Of a stretch of 16,786 nt of DNA, positions 7,649 to 15,728 are shown piece after piece. The position numbers and the translations under genes are program-made. Source of the DNA: an uncultured Nitrospinaceae bacterium (GTDB lineage: Bacteria > UBA8248); NCBI GenBank assembly GCA_964005815.1, contig CAXFSR010000032.1, forward strand, positions 1-16,786, read 5' to 3'. The number at the start of each line of letters is the position of its first letter. Positions within the stretch are counted from its first letter, which is position 1. The notes under the pieces are model-generated. The model did no database searches. It was given only the letters and a program-made list of their open reading frames with translations, and was not told where the DNA came from.

Positions 7649-8274
7649 TACATCCCTTCACTTGCAAAATAAGTAGAATAATGCCAATCAGTTTCTTTTG
7701 TAGTAAATGACAAGAAATAATTAAACGGGAAAGCAAAATTTAAAGAATTAAACCTTACTCGTATTTTCAGATAATATAAATGTGTAGGATCGAGTTTATC
7801 TGAAGCAATTAATTCTATCCCGTTTATTTGCGACATCCAATCAGATATCTCTGAACTTTCCTTAGTAAATTTTAGAAAATAATCCTCTACACCATTCCTG
7901 CTTTTGCATACAAAGATTTTTTTCATTGGGTCAAATTTAACTTCATGTACAATTTCTTTTTCCAAAATCAGACTATCAAAAAAATAAGGCACCTTTTTAT
8001 ACAACTCTAGCTCATAGACAAACCGAGTTTTGACTCCTTTCCTTACTAACTCCCAAAATTGCTCAGTTACTGCATTCTCTGTAGAAACAAAAAACAACAT
8101 TTTCTTATTTTTCTTTATTACTAAAATGTCTTTTAAATGTGGGGCTGTTTTCGTTGTTTCTTCTATTTTTTTTGTCTGAATCTTCTTATTTGCTTCAATG
8201 AAATTTACTTGCACAAGAAATGTTAATACCAAAAAAGAAATGTAGATTGCTAGCTTTTCTTTACTCCACAACAT
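7648..8274 (-). CDS. DUF4390-like exported/periplasmic protein
   Basis: Hydrophobic N-terminus, then ELVRKGVKTRFVYELEL...VKFDPMKKIF...YYLKIRVRFNSLNFAFPFNYFLSF..ETDW, resembling DUF4390. Its position directly before an ntrY-like gene is typical for that family. I prefer the ATG at 8274 (AAAGG about 10 nt upstream) over the track's TTG at 8319, which overlaps mutS. Stop overlaps the ntrY start (TAATG). Confidence 0.72.
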   Translation of the reverse strand: MLWSKEKLAIYISFLVLTFLVQVNFIEANKKIQTKKIEETTKTAPHLKDILVIKKNKKMLFFVSTENAVTEQFWELVRKGVKTRFVYELELYKKVPYFFDSLILEKEIVHEVKFDPMKKIFVCKSRNGVEDYFLKFTKESSEISDWMSQINGIELIASDKLDPTHLYYLKIRVRFNSLNFAFPFNYFLSFTTKETDWHYSTYFASEGM

Positions 8275-8302
8275 TTTTACTGCCTTTTTTAGAAATAAAA
8301 TA

Positions 8303-10966
8303 TTAATTTCTTTTTCCAATAATTTTTTTTAACTTATAAATAACGTCAAGAGCATCTTTAGGTGACATAGTATCAGGTTCTATGGAAGAAATTTCATCTA
8401 TTAAATTCTGTGTACTAGAACCATTCTCTTCGACTAATTTTTCTTTTTGTTTGTTTCTATTGAAATCCAAACCTTTGCTAGGTATTTCTTCACCTTTGCT
8501 AGAGAGTTCAAAAATCTCCATCAACTCAGAAGCTCTGTTTAATACCTGGCTAGGTAATCCTGCTAACTTCCCAACATGAATTCCATAACTTTTATTACAA
8601 ATTCCATCTATAACTTTTCTCAAAAATACAACCTCTTCATCCTGTTCTCTCACATCGACAGTCAAATTTACAACTTTACTTAATTTGTCTTCTAGGACTG
8701 AAAGTTCGTGATAATGAGTAGCAAATAATGTTCTGGATTGTCTATTTTCGTTGTTATGTAAAAATTCAACAATTGCCCATGCAATACTAACTCCATCATA
8801 TGTGCTTGTTCCACGTCCTACTTCATCAAATACTATAAAACTGTCTCTAGTTGCTTCATTTAATATCTCAGCAGTTTCTAACATTTCTACCATAAAAGTA
8901 CTTTTCCCTTCTGATAGTCGATCGTGCGCTCCCACTCTTGTGAAAATACGATCAACAATCCCAATTTTCGCAGATTCTGCTGGGACAAAACTCCCTATTT
9001 GGGCCATCAATACTATCAAAGCAGATTGTCTTAAAAATGTAGATTTCCCAGACATATTAGGACCTGTCACAATCATAATCTTTCTATCGGAATTCATGGC
9101 CAAATCATTAGGAACAAATGCAGTTGAGTAATCTACATCAAGTACAGGATGGCGTCCTTGGATAATTTCTATATCTAAATTATTATTGGTTTCTGCCCTT
9201 ACATAATCATTCTGCTCTGCTGCACTTGCTAAAGAAGCTATCGAATCTAACTCTGCAATCTTTCTGGAACTATCGAGAATTCTTTTTGATTTTTTGGCTA
9301 TCTTTTGCCTCAATTCTCCAAACATCAGAAATTCCAATTCTTTTGATTTTTCTCCCGAAAATTCTAACTTCTCCTCAATTTCCTTTAGTTCACTTGTAAT
9401 AAATCTTTCTGAAGAAACTAAAGTTTGTTTTCTCGAAAAAGATTCTGGAACTTTGTTAGAAAAACGTCTCGATAATTCTATGTAATATCCAAATACTCTG
9501 TTATAACCAATTTTCAATGGAAGATTTGTGGTTTCTTTTAACTGATTTTCATAATTTTCTAACCAAGACTTTCCATCTTTTGTGATTTTTCTCAATTCAT
9601 CCAATTCTTTGTTCACACCATCTGCAAATATATCTCCATCTTTCACAGAAACTGGCAATTCCTCTCTAAGAGAAGTTGAGATTAATTTCTCTACATCAGA
9701 CAAGAGATCCCAGTCTGCAGAAATACTTCTAATTTCTTTTGATTTAAATGATTTTATGCAAGAATTTATTTTCGGCAAAAAAACTATAGAATCTGCAAGA
9801 GATTTCAAATCTCTTGCATTAGAAGTCTTAAGTCCTATCTTGCTTTGTATACGCTCTAAATCTTTTATATTTGAAAGATATTCGATTATTTTTTTTCTTT
9901 CTATTCTCTTCTTCATCAGTTCATCAACTGCGTCAGTTCTTTGTTTTATTCTCTTCAAATTAATCAAAGGAGAGAGTATCCAGCTTTTAAGCAGTCTCCC
10001 TCCCATAGAAGTAGAAGTATTATCTAAAACATCAAATAAAGTAATAACTTTTCTGTTTTTATCTTGAGGATATACTAACTCTAAATTTGACTGAGTTACC
10101 GCATCTAGAAACATAGATTGATTTTTATCTGGAAGGACAATAGGCCTTATATGAGGGAGATCACCGAGTTGATTTTTCTCAAGATATTTAATGAGATTTG
10201 CGGAGGCAGTAAAGAGTGGACTCTTAGAATTTAACTTTTCAAAAACTTTCTGTTTCCCATTTTGTTTCTGAACGTATTCAAAGGGGTCTTTTGAATATAT
10301 TTGAAGTTCTGAAATTTCCTCAATTCTTACATTGAGATTATCAAGGATACTTCTCATTCTTGGAGAAATAATCCTTTTGTTTTGCAGTAAAATTTCCTTT
10401 GGTCTGAGTCTCTCCAATTCTGAATCTAGTCTTCTCTCAAAAATGTCACTAGCAACTTCAACTGCACTAAAATCACCAGTAGTGACATCTATCCATGAAA
10501 TTCCCCAGCTAGTTATTTCGTCAAATTTACTTGAAGAAGCTGCAATAGATAGAAGAAATTGAGATTCTTTGCTTTCAGTTAAATGATCTCCCACTATGGA
10601 AGTTCCAGGAGTGAGCACTCTAACAACTTTTCTCTTTACAATTCCTTTGCTCTCAGATGCATTTTCTACTTGGTTACAGATAGCAACTTTATAACCCTCG
10701 TCTAGTAAACGTACACAATAAGAATCGCTTGAGTGACATGGAATCCCACACATTGGAATAGGTCCATCTGAATCTTTATTTCTAGATGTTAATGTAATAC
10801 CTAAAATCTCAGATGCATTTTTAGCATCATCGTAAAACATTTCATAGAAATCACCCATCTGGAAGAATAGAAATTCATTGCAGTATTGTTTCTTTAGTTC
10901 AACATACTGTTTCATCGCTGGCGATAGATTTTTTTCTTTATTTTCTATTGTTTCTCTTTTTTCCAT
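8303..10966 (-). CDS. mutS: DNA mismatch repair protein MutS (MutS1)
   Basis: SPAMKQY, mismatch-binding FFQMGDFYEMF, PMCGIP, Walker A TGPNMSGKST, IFTRVGA, STFMVEM, DEVGRGTSTYDG, FATHYHEL, SYGIHVGKLAGLP; 887 aa. Confidence 0.98.
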   Translation of the reverse strand: MEKRETIENKEKNLSPAMKQYVELKKQYCNEFLFFQMGDFYEMFYDDAKNASEILGITLTSRNKDSDGPIPMCGIPCHSSDSYCVRLLDEGYKVAICNQVENASESKGIVKRKVVRVLTPGTSIVGDHLTESKESQFLLSIAASSSKFDEITSWGISWIDVTTGDFSAVEVASDIFERRLDSELERLRPKEILLQNKRIISPRMRSILDNLNVRIEEISELQIYSKDPFEYVQKQNGKQKVFEKLNSKSPLFTASANLIKYLEKNQLGDLPHIRPIVLPDKNQSMFLDAVTQSNLELVYPQDKNRKVITLFDVLDNTSTSMGGRLLKSWILSPLINLKRIKQRTDAVDELMKKRIERKKIIEYLSNIKDLERIQSKIGLKTSNARDLKSLADSIVFLPKINSCIKSFKSKEIRSISADWDLLSDVEKLISTSLREELPVSVKDGDIFADGVNKELDELRKITKDGKSWLENYENQLKETTNLPLKIGYNRVFGYYIELSRRFSNKVPESFSRKQTLVSSERFITSELKEIEEKLEFSGEKSKELEFLMFGELRQKIAKKSKRILDSSRKIAELDSIASLASAAEQNDYVRAETNNNLDIEIIQGRHPVLDVDYSTAFVPNDLAMNSDRKIMIVTGPNMSGKSTFLRQSALIVLMAQIGSFVPAESAKIGIVDRIFTRVGAHDRLSEGKSTFMVEMLETAEILNEATRDSFIVFDEVGRGTSTYDGVSIAWAIVEFLHNNENRQSRTLFATHYHELSVLEDKLSKVVNLTVDVREQDEEVVFLRKVIDGICNKSYGIHVGKLAGLPSQVLNRASELMEIFELSSKGEEIPSKGLDFNRNKQKEKLVEENGSSTQNLIDEISSIEPDTMSPKDALDVIYKLKKIIGKRN

Positions 10967-11019
10967 TGAGAAATCGCTTAGATTAATTACATTGGGCAGA
11001 AAAGAATAGTCCTATATTT

Positions 11020-11289
11020 TTAATACTCGTCTCTTCGTATCTCACCACCTAATGAGGATATTCTTTTTTCGAGAAATTTTATATGTCTCTTATTTCTAAA
11101 ACTTTCTGGAAGACCAGCAAACCAACAAATAAAGAAACCAAAAGTAAAAGTAGCTATCAAGATAAAAAACAACGGGAATTCACTTTTTCCGAAATAGTAT
11201 TCGACCATTACAGAATGTAAATTTTTAACACCAAACATTGCGATTGCAATTGCAAGCAAAAAACCTAAAACTAGTCTAAAGCGACCCAT
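11020..11289 (-). CDS. lapA: LapA (lipopolysaccharide assembly protein A)-like small membrane protein, 89 aa
   Basis: Two hydrophobic segments around FGVKNLHSVMVEYYFG..EFPLFFILIATFTFGFF, then a basic coiled-coil-like tail (RNKRHIKFLEKRISSL): the LapA/DUF1049 layout. Start moved to the ATG at 11289 (AGGGGG 9 nt upstream); the track's 11346 start overlaps the HIT gene. Confidence 0.7.
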   Translation of the reverse strand: MGRFRLVLGFLLAIAIAMFGVKNLHSVMVEYYFGKSEFPLFFILIATFTFGFFICWFAGLPESFRNKRHIKFLEKRISSLGGEIRRDEY

Positions 11290-11302
11290 TTTTATAATCC
11301 CC

Positions 11303-11809
11303 CTAACTAGTAAAATATCCAGATAGAGTCGAGTATGAAGCTTCAAGTGATTCAGGTAAAATCCTAGTTTCAGAAATTACAGACATCATATTATGATCAC
11401 CATTCCATCTCGGTACAATATGCATATGGAGGTGTTTAGCAATTCCTGCTCCAGCTGTCTCCCCAATATTAAATCCCACATTGAATCCATCAGCCCTAAA
11501 ACTTTTTTTAAGTACAGATACTGAAAGCTGCACAAAAGAAAAGATCTCATTATATTCTTTAGAAACCAAATCCTCTAAATCCCGAATATGTCTAAACGGC
11601 ACTACCATAAGATGACCATTACTATATGGATACTTATTAAGAACAATATAGCAATATTCCCCTCTTTTTAAAATTAAATTCTCTACGCAATCCTTTTCTT
11701 CAAGAATGGCACAAAAAACACATTTTTTAGATTTCATAGAACTTACCGGAGAATTATCTTTCCCCTCCACTATATATTTCATTCTCCATGGCGCCCACAA
11801 CCTAAACAA
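11303..11809 (-). CDS. HIT-family nucleotide hydrolase (FHIT / Ap4A phosphorylase-like)
   Basis: RLWAPWRMKYI N-terminus, CVFC, NKYPYSNGHLMVVP, GFNVGFNIG..AGAGI, histidine triad HLHMHIVPRW. Start moved to the TTG at 11809 (AAAGGA 8 nt upstream), which removes the overlap with ybeY. Confidence 0.92.
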   Translation of the reverse strand: MFRLWAPWRMKYIVEGKDNSPVSSMKSKKCVFCAILEEKDCVENLILKRGEYCYIVLNKYPYSNGHLMVVPFRHIRDLEDLVSKEYNEIFSFVQLSVSVLKKSFRADGFNVGFNIGETAGAGIAKHLHMHIVPRWNGDHNMMSVISETRILPESLEASYSTLSGYFTS

Positions 11810-11831
11810 TCCCGTATTCCTTTCTAAATTT

Positions 11832-12293
11832 CTAATTTGGTCTATTTCTGTACAGTTTTCTTTCAACTTCTCTCATCCGCACTCTATCTTTATTGCTTTG
11901 ATGATCGTAATCATGAAGATGAAGTATTCCGTGTAAAAAAAGTTCGTCTATTAGATCATCAGTGCTTTTTTTTTCTTCAAAAGACAATCTAAGTACTTCA
12001 TCAGTCGAAATAATTACATCACCTAAAAAGTTTTTGTCTCTTAAATTCTCTAATATATCATTTTTATCATATTCATTAGATTCAAAGAAATCTGGGAATG
12101 CAAGTACATCAGTGGTCTCATCAATACCTCTGAATTGAGAGTTGAAAATCTGCATCTTACTATCTCTCACAAAAACTAGTGACACCATTTTTTCTTCTGA
12201 GCTAACAATATTTAGCCAGAAATTAGTGTTTCTCAGAAGTCTTTTCCTGTCTATTTTCAACAATCTTTGTTTGTTTGATATTGCTATTCCCAT
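11832..12293 (-). CDS. ybeY: rRNA maturation endoribonuclease YbeY
   Basis: NSQFRGIDETTDVLAF, LGDVIIS, zinc motif HGILHLHDYDH, MREVE. AAAGGT about 10 nt upstream. Standard phoH-HD-ybeY context. Confidence 0.93.
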   Translation of the reverse strand: MGIAISNKQRLLKIDRKRLLRNTNFWLNIVSSEEKMVSLVFVRDSKMQIFNSQFRGIDETTDVLAFPDFFESNEYDKNDILENLRDKNFLGDVIISTDEVLRLSFEEKKSTDDLIDELFLHGILHLHDYDHQSNKDRVRMREVERKLYRNRPN

Positions 12294-14661
12294 TAGATTT
12301 TATACCTTTTTTCGAACTAACTTGTTCTGGGTAATTTAAGCGGTGGTGATAAAAACCAGCAAGAACTCTTAGAAATGAATCTTGAATAATCCCCAAATCT
12401 GAAAGAGTAAGATCACATTCTTCCAGTTGTGAATCTTTAATAACGGTTTGTACAATTCTAGAAACTAAACTAGACAATTGACCTGGAGATGGCTCAGCAA
12501 GTGTTTTTGCACTCGCTTCAACCATATCAGCAAGCATAAGAATTCCTGCTTCCTTTGTTTTAGGTCTTGGGCCCGGATAACAGAAACTTTCAACTCGTAC
12601 TTCCCCATTATCTTTAAGTTTTAAAGCTTTATCATAGAAGAATCTAATTAGAGATGTTCCATGATGCTGGGATATTAAATCTACAACCTCTTTTGGCAAT
12701 TTGTGTTTTCTTGCCAATTCTACACCTTCTTTCACATGACTAATTAAAATCAAGGCGCTCATGTTTGGTGTTAATTTGTCATGTCTATTTTCTGATATTT
12801 GATTTTCAATAAAATATTCTGACTTAAAGGTTTTTCCAATGTCATGAAAAAAAGATCCAGCTCTGACCAGAAGTGGATTTGCGTCTACTTTACTAGCAGC
12901 CTCCTCTGCTAAATTTCCTACCATTATGCTGTGGTGATAAGTTCCAGGTGCTCGTAAAATCATATCTTTAAGTAGAGGATGATTGTGGTCAGACAATTCT
13001 AATAATTTCATATCAGTCGTTAATTTAAATACTGATTCTAAAATAGGAATCAAAGCAGAGACTATGATTATGTTGCCCAATCCACCGAAAAAGGTAAATA
13101 AAATAATGTCCCAATTATTCACAAAAATATAAAAACCTTTTTGCAAGAATAATCCTGAATTAATTGCAACATTCAACATTCCGACGACCAGCGCAACAAA
13201 TACAATTACAGTCCTACTAGTGTAATTTTTCCAGTTTGAAGAAGTTACTATTCCAGACGCAAGCACCATAAGTGGATAAGCGATATTCCCTGGCAGAATA
13301 AGCATTACTATCACGGTATTGATTACGGATATAAAAATGGCTTCTTTTCTTCCTTGAAGAAATAGAGAAACTATTGAAATCGATGCGAATGGAATTAAAT
13401 TATAAAATGCAGTTATGTTGAATTGTTCGAAATTAGACTGAACACCAAGAGCAATAACAACACCAAATTTCAAAATCAATAAATTTGTTATTACCAAAAA
13501 AACAAATAAAACTACTTGTTTTCCTTCCCTGAATTTAAGGAGATTGAATCTCCTAACAGCAAACCAGCATAAAACAAAAAATAACAGGATGATTATCATT
13601 GTTCCCAAGAAATAATCTAGCGAATTGCCTGTGTTATAAATATCCCTTAATTTCTCTAACACTTTATATTGACTTTCATTTAATCTTTCTCCATCACGTA
13701 CGATCATTTCTCCTTCTTTGATAGTTTTTGTCACTTTTCTTGTTGTGGTAATTATTCTCTTCTGTTCTTGTAAAGTTGCAAGGCTATTAAAGGATAGAGT
13801 TGGTCTAGCCATCTTTATGATTTGCTTAGAAAGTAGAATTTGAAATTCTCTTGGATACTGAAACTTTACTTTTTTTATGTTTAACAAAACAATTTTTTCT
13901 AACTCTCTGAGTTCTACCGGTTTTACAGAGGAGGAGATTTTGACTTTTTCTCCTGTTGCAATATCTTTTACAAAAATTCCCTTCACTAAATGAGAGATAT
14001 ATAATTGCCTGTCACTAACGATTTCTCTTGGCAGGGCCTTTTTTGCAATAACAGTCATACTGTCAGCTATTGCAAATGAAAAAATATTTTTCCTAAAGAA
14101 AAAAAGTAATCTAGGAGGAAAATTTCCTCCTAATTTTTTTTCAAAATTTTTCTCTGCTTTTAAGTACTGTTGTGTATGAACTATTTCATCAAGAAAGATG
14201 CTATCAACTATTACATTCCTAACTTCTAATTTCTTTTCCTTTAAATTATTGTTTTGTAATGAAATAATTTGCTGATGAAGAATATCAAATGCTATTTTAA
14301 TTCTAGAAGAAATGTCAGAAATCAATGCAAGATCTATGTCATAACGAGGTAGAATTTTCTCTTTATTTCTTTGAATTCTATTTTTTGTAGCAATTTCATC
14401 TACTACCTTAAGATCATAAGGAGCTTTAATATTGCCTCGAACAACTTCTCCTATTTTATAAATTGAAGAAGAAGGTGACCACTTAAATACCAAAAGAAAT
14501 GAAAGCACAGATACAACTAAAATTGTCAAAAAACATGCAAAAATTTTCGAAGACATAAATTTCTTGATTCTACCTGATATCGCAGAAATCTTATGTCTAA
14601 TCATAATTTTGATAGATTTTTTCTTAGGATTTTTTTTAGAAGATTTCGTTTGGGTAATCAT
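12223..14661 (-). CDS. pgpH: 7TM-HD membrane phosphohydrolase, PgpH-like (cyclic-di-AMP phosphodiesterase family)
   Basis: N-terminal TM, large extracytoplasmic domain (IKEGEMIVRDGE), about 7 hydrophobic segments, then LLELSD..HPLL...APGTYHHS, FHDIGK, YFIENQ, HVKEG, QHHGT, YPGPRP, MLADMVEA, HHRLNYP. Start uncertain (Met1, Met20 or Met36). Confidence 0.88.
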   Translation of the reverse strand: MITQTKSSKKNPKKKSIKIMIRHKISAISGRIKKFMSSKIFACFLTILVVSVLSFLLVFKWSPSSSIYKIGEVVRGNIKAPYDLKVVDEIATKNRIQRNKEKILPRYDIDLALISDISSRIKIAFDILHQQIISLQNNNLKEKKLEVRNVIVDSIFLDEIVHTQQYLKAEKNFEKKLGGNFPPRLLFFFRKNIFSFAIADSMTVIAKKALPREIVSDRQLYISHLVKGIFVKDIATGEKVKISSSVKPVELRELEKIVLLNIKKVKFQYPREFQILLSKQIIKMARPTLSFNSLATLQEQKRIITTTRKVTKTIKEGEMIVRDGERLNESQYKVLEKLRDIYNTGNSLDYFLGTMIIILLFFVLCWFAVRRFNLLKFREGKQVVLFVFLVITNLLILKFGVVIALGVQSNFEQFNITAFYNLIPFASISIVSLFLQGRKEAIFISVINTVIVMLILPGNIAYPLMVLASGIVTSSNWKNYTSRTVIVFVALVVGMLNVAINSGLFLQKGFYIFVNNWDIILFTFFGGLGNIIIVSALIPILESVFKLTTDMKLLELSDHNHPLLKDMILRAPGTYHHSIMVGNLAEEAASKVDANPLLVRAGSFFHDIGKTFKSEYFIENQISENRHDKLTPNMSALILISHVKEGVELARKHKLPKEVVDLISQHHGTSLIRFFYDKALKLKDNGEVRVESFCYPGPRPKTKEAGILMLADMVEASAKTLAEPSPGQLSSLVSRIVQTVIKDSQLEECDLTLSDLGIIQDSFLRVLAGFYHHRLNYPEQVSSKKGIKSNGNSNIKQTKIVENRQEKTSEKH

Positions 14662-14679
14662 GGCCCAATAGCAAACCTT

Positions 14680-15636
14680 TTATTTTTTAAAATTTTCATA
14701 AGCTGTGACTATTTTTTGTACTATTTTAGTCCTTACAACATCTTCGCTAGAAAATTTAACAAAACCAATATCAGAAATAGAATTCAAAACATCTGACGCA
14801 TCAATCAAACCACTCTTTTTATGCATAGGTAAATCAGTTTGAGTAATATCCCCTGTTACAACTGCAGTCGTTCCACTTCCAATCCTTGTTAAAAACATTT
14901 TCATTTGTTCCGCAGTTGTGTTTTGTGCTTCATCTAAAATAACAAATGCATTATTTAATGTCCTTCCTCTCATGTAAGCTAAAGGAGCTATTTCAATTTC
15001 TCCTCTTTCCATTAAACGACCAACTTTATCAATATCCAAAATATCATTCAGGGCATCAAACAAAGGCCTAAGAAAAGGACTTAATTTTTCATGTAAATCG
15101 CCTGGCAAGAAACCAAGATTTTCACCCGCCTCTACTACTGGACGCGTTAAAATAATCCTTCTGCAGGATTTTTGAAGAAATCTATTAATTGCAAAAGCCA
15201 TAGCTAAAAATGTTTTACCTGTGCCAGCTGGACCAATCCCAAAAACTATATCTCTCTTTTGCATTTCTCTAATATATTCTCTCTGCATCTTGTTTCTTGG
15301 GTGAACAATTCTATTATTTGAAGGAATAATTATTCTATCCGACAACAGTTCTTTGACTGTAACATTCTCATCGTTTTTAAATATTTTTGCAAAATTTTCA
15401 ATAGTATTAGCATCTAAACTATTACCATTTTCCAAAAACTCTATCATCTCGTCTATAAAGCATATAGATCTTTGTACATCTTGAATCGAACCTTCAGAAT
15501 TAAAAGCATCTGAAGAAATAGTTATGGATACATTAAAGGCATCTTCTATAGCTTTTAATGAAGAATCTTTTGTACCCACAAACTCCATTAATTTATGTGA
15601 GTTCAAAAAAAAGTTTTTTGACTTAAGAGTAGTCAA
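14680..15636 (-). CDS. phoH: PhoH-like ATPase (YbeZ type)
   Basis: Walker A GPAGTGKT, LTRPVVEAGENLGFLPG, APLAYMRGRTL, LDEAQN, KMFLTRIG, GDITQTDLP. TTG start with GGAAGGG about 10 nt upstream. Confidence 0.95.
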   Translation of the reverse strand: MTTLKSKNFFLNSHKLMEFVGTKDSSLKAIEDAFNVSITISSDAFNSEGSIQDVQRSICFIDEMIEFLENGNSLDANTIENFAKIFKNDENVTVKELLSDRIIIPSNNRIVHPRNKMQREYIREMQKRDIVFGIGPAGTGKTFLAMAFAINRFLQKSCRRIILTRPVVEAGENLGFLPGDLHEKLSPFLRPLFDALNDILDIDKVGRLMERGEIEIAPLAYMRGRTLNNAFVILDEAQNTTAEQMKMFLTRIGSGTTAVVTGDITQTDLPMHKKSGLIDASDVLNSISDIGFVKFSSEDVVRTKIVQKIVTAYENFKK

Positions 15637-15667
15637 TTTTACTTAACCCTTCCGAAAAAAATTAAAA

Positions 15668-15696
15668 ATCCTACGCCTACTAGACAAACGAGTCAA
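15668..15696 (-). promoter_or_regulatory. Sigma70-type promoter: -35 TTGACT (15696-15691), 17-nt spacer, -10 TAGGAT (15673-15668), upstream of phoH
   Basis: Read directly on the minus strand: TTGACT-cgtttgtctagtaggcg-TAGGAT. Matches are 5/6 and 4/6 to consensus with ideal spacing, in the largest intergenic gap of the window (92 nt). Confidence 0.7.
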
Positions 15697-15713
15697 TAGC
15701 TAAATTTGCTATT
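15695..15713. repeat. Inverted repeat AATAGC-N7-GCTATT abutting and overlapping the -35 element
   Basis: Plus strand aatagctaaatttgctatt; removing the T at 15701 leaves the perfect 18-nt palindrome AATAGCAAA/TTTGCTATT. Confidence 0.5.
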
Positions 15714-15728
15714 TTCGCCTTTATTTCG

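Noticed and set aside
8275..8319. Track start (TTG 8319) for the DUF4390-like gene
   Set aside because: Overlaps the mutS stop; the ATG at 8274 has a better RBS and places the hydrophobic signal segment near the N-terminus.
10967..11019. Possible internal promoter or terminator before mutS
   Set aside because: No convincing -35/-10 pair or GC-rich hairpin; AT-rich hexamers are expected by chance here.
11290..11346. Track start (11346) for the lapA-like gene
   Set aside because: Overlaps the HIT gene by 44 nt; the ATG at 11289 has a clear AGGGGG RBS.
11810..11866. Track start (11866) for the HIT gene
   Set aside because: Overlaps ybeY; the TTG at 11809 has an AAAGGA RBS and gives the family-typical MxRLWAPWR N-terminus.
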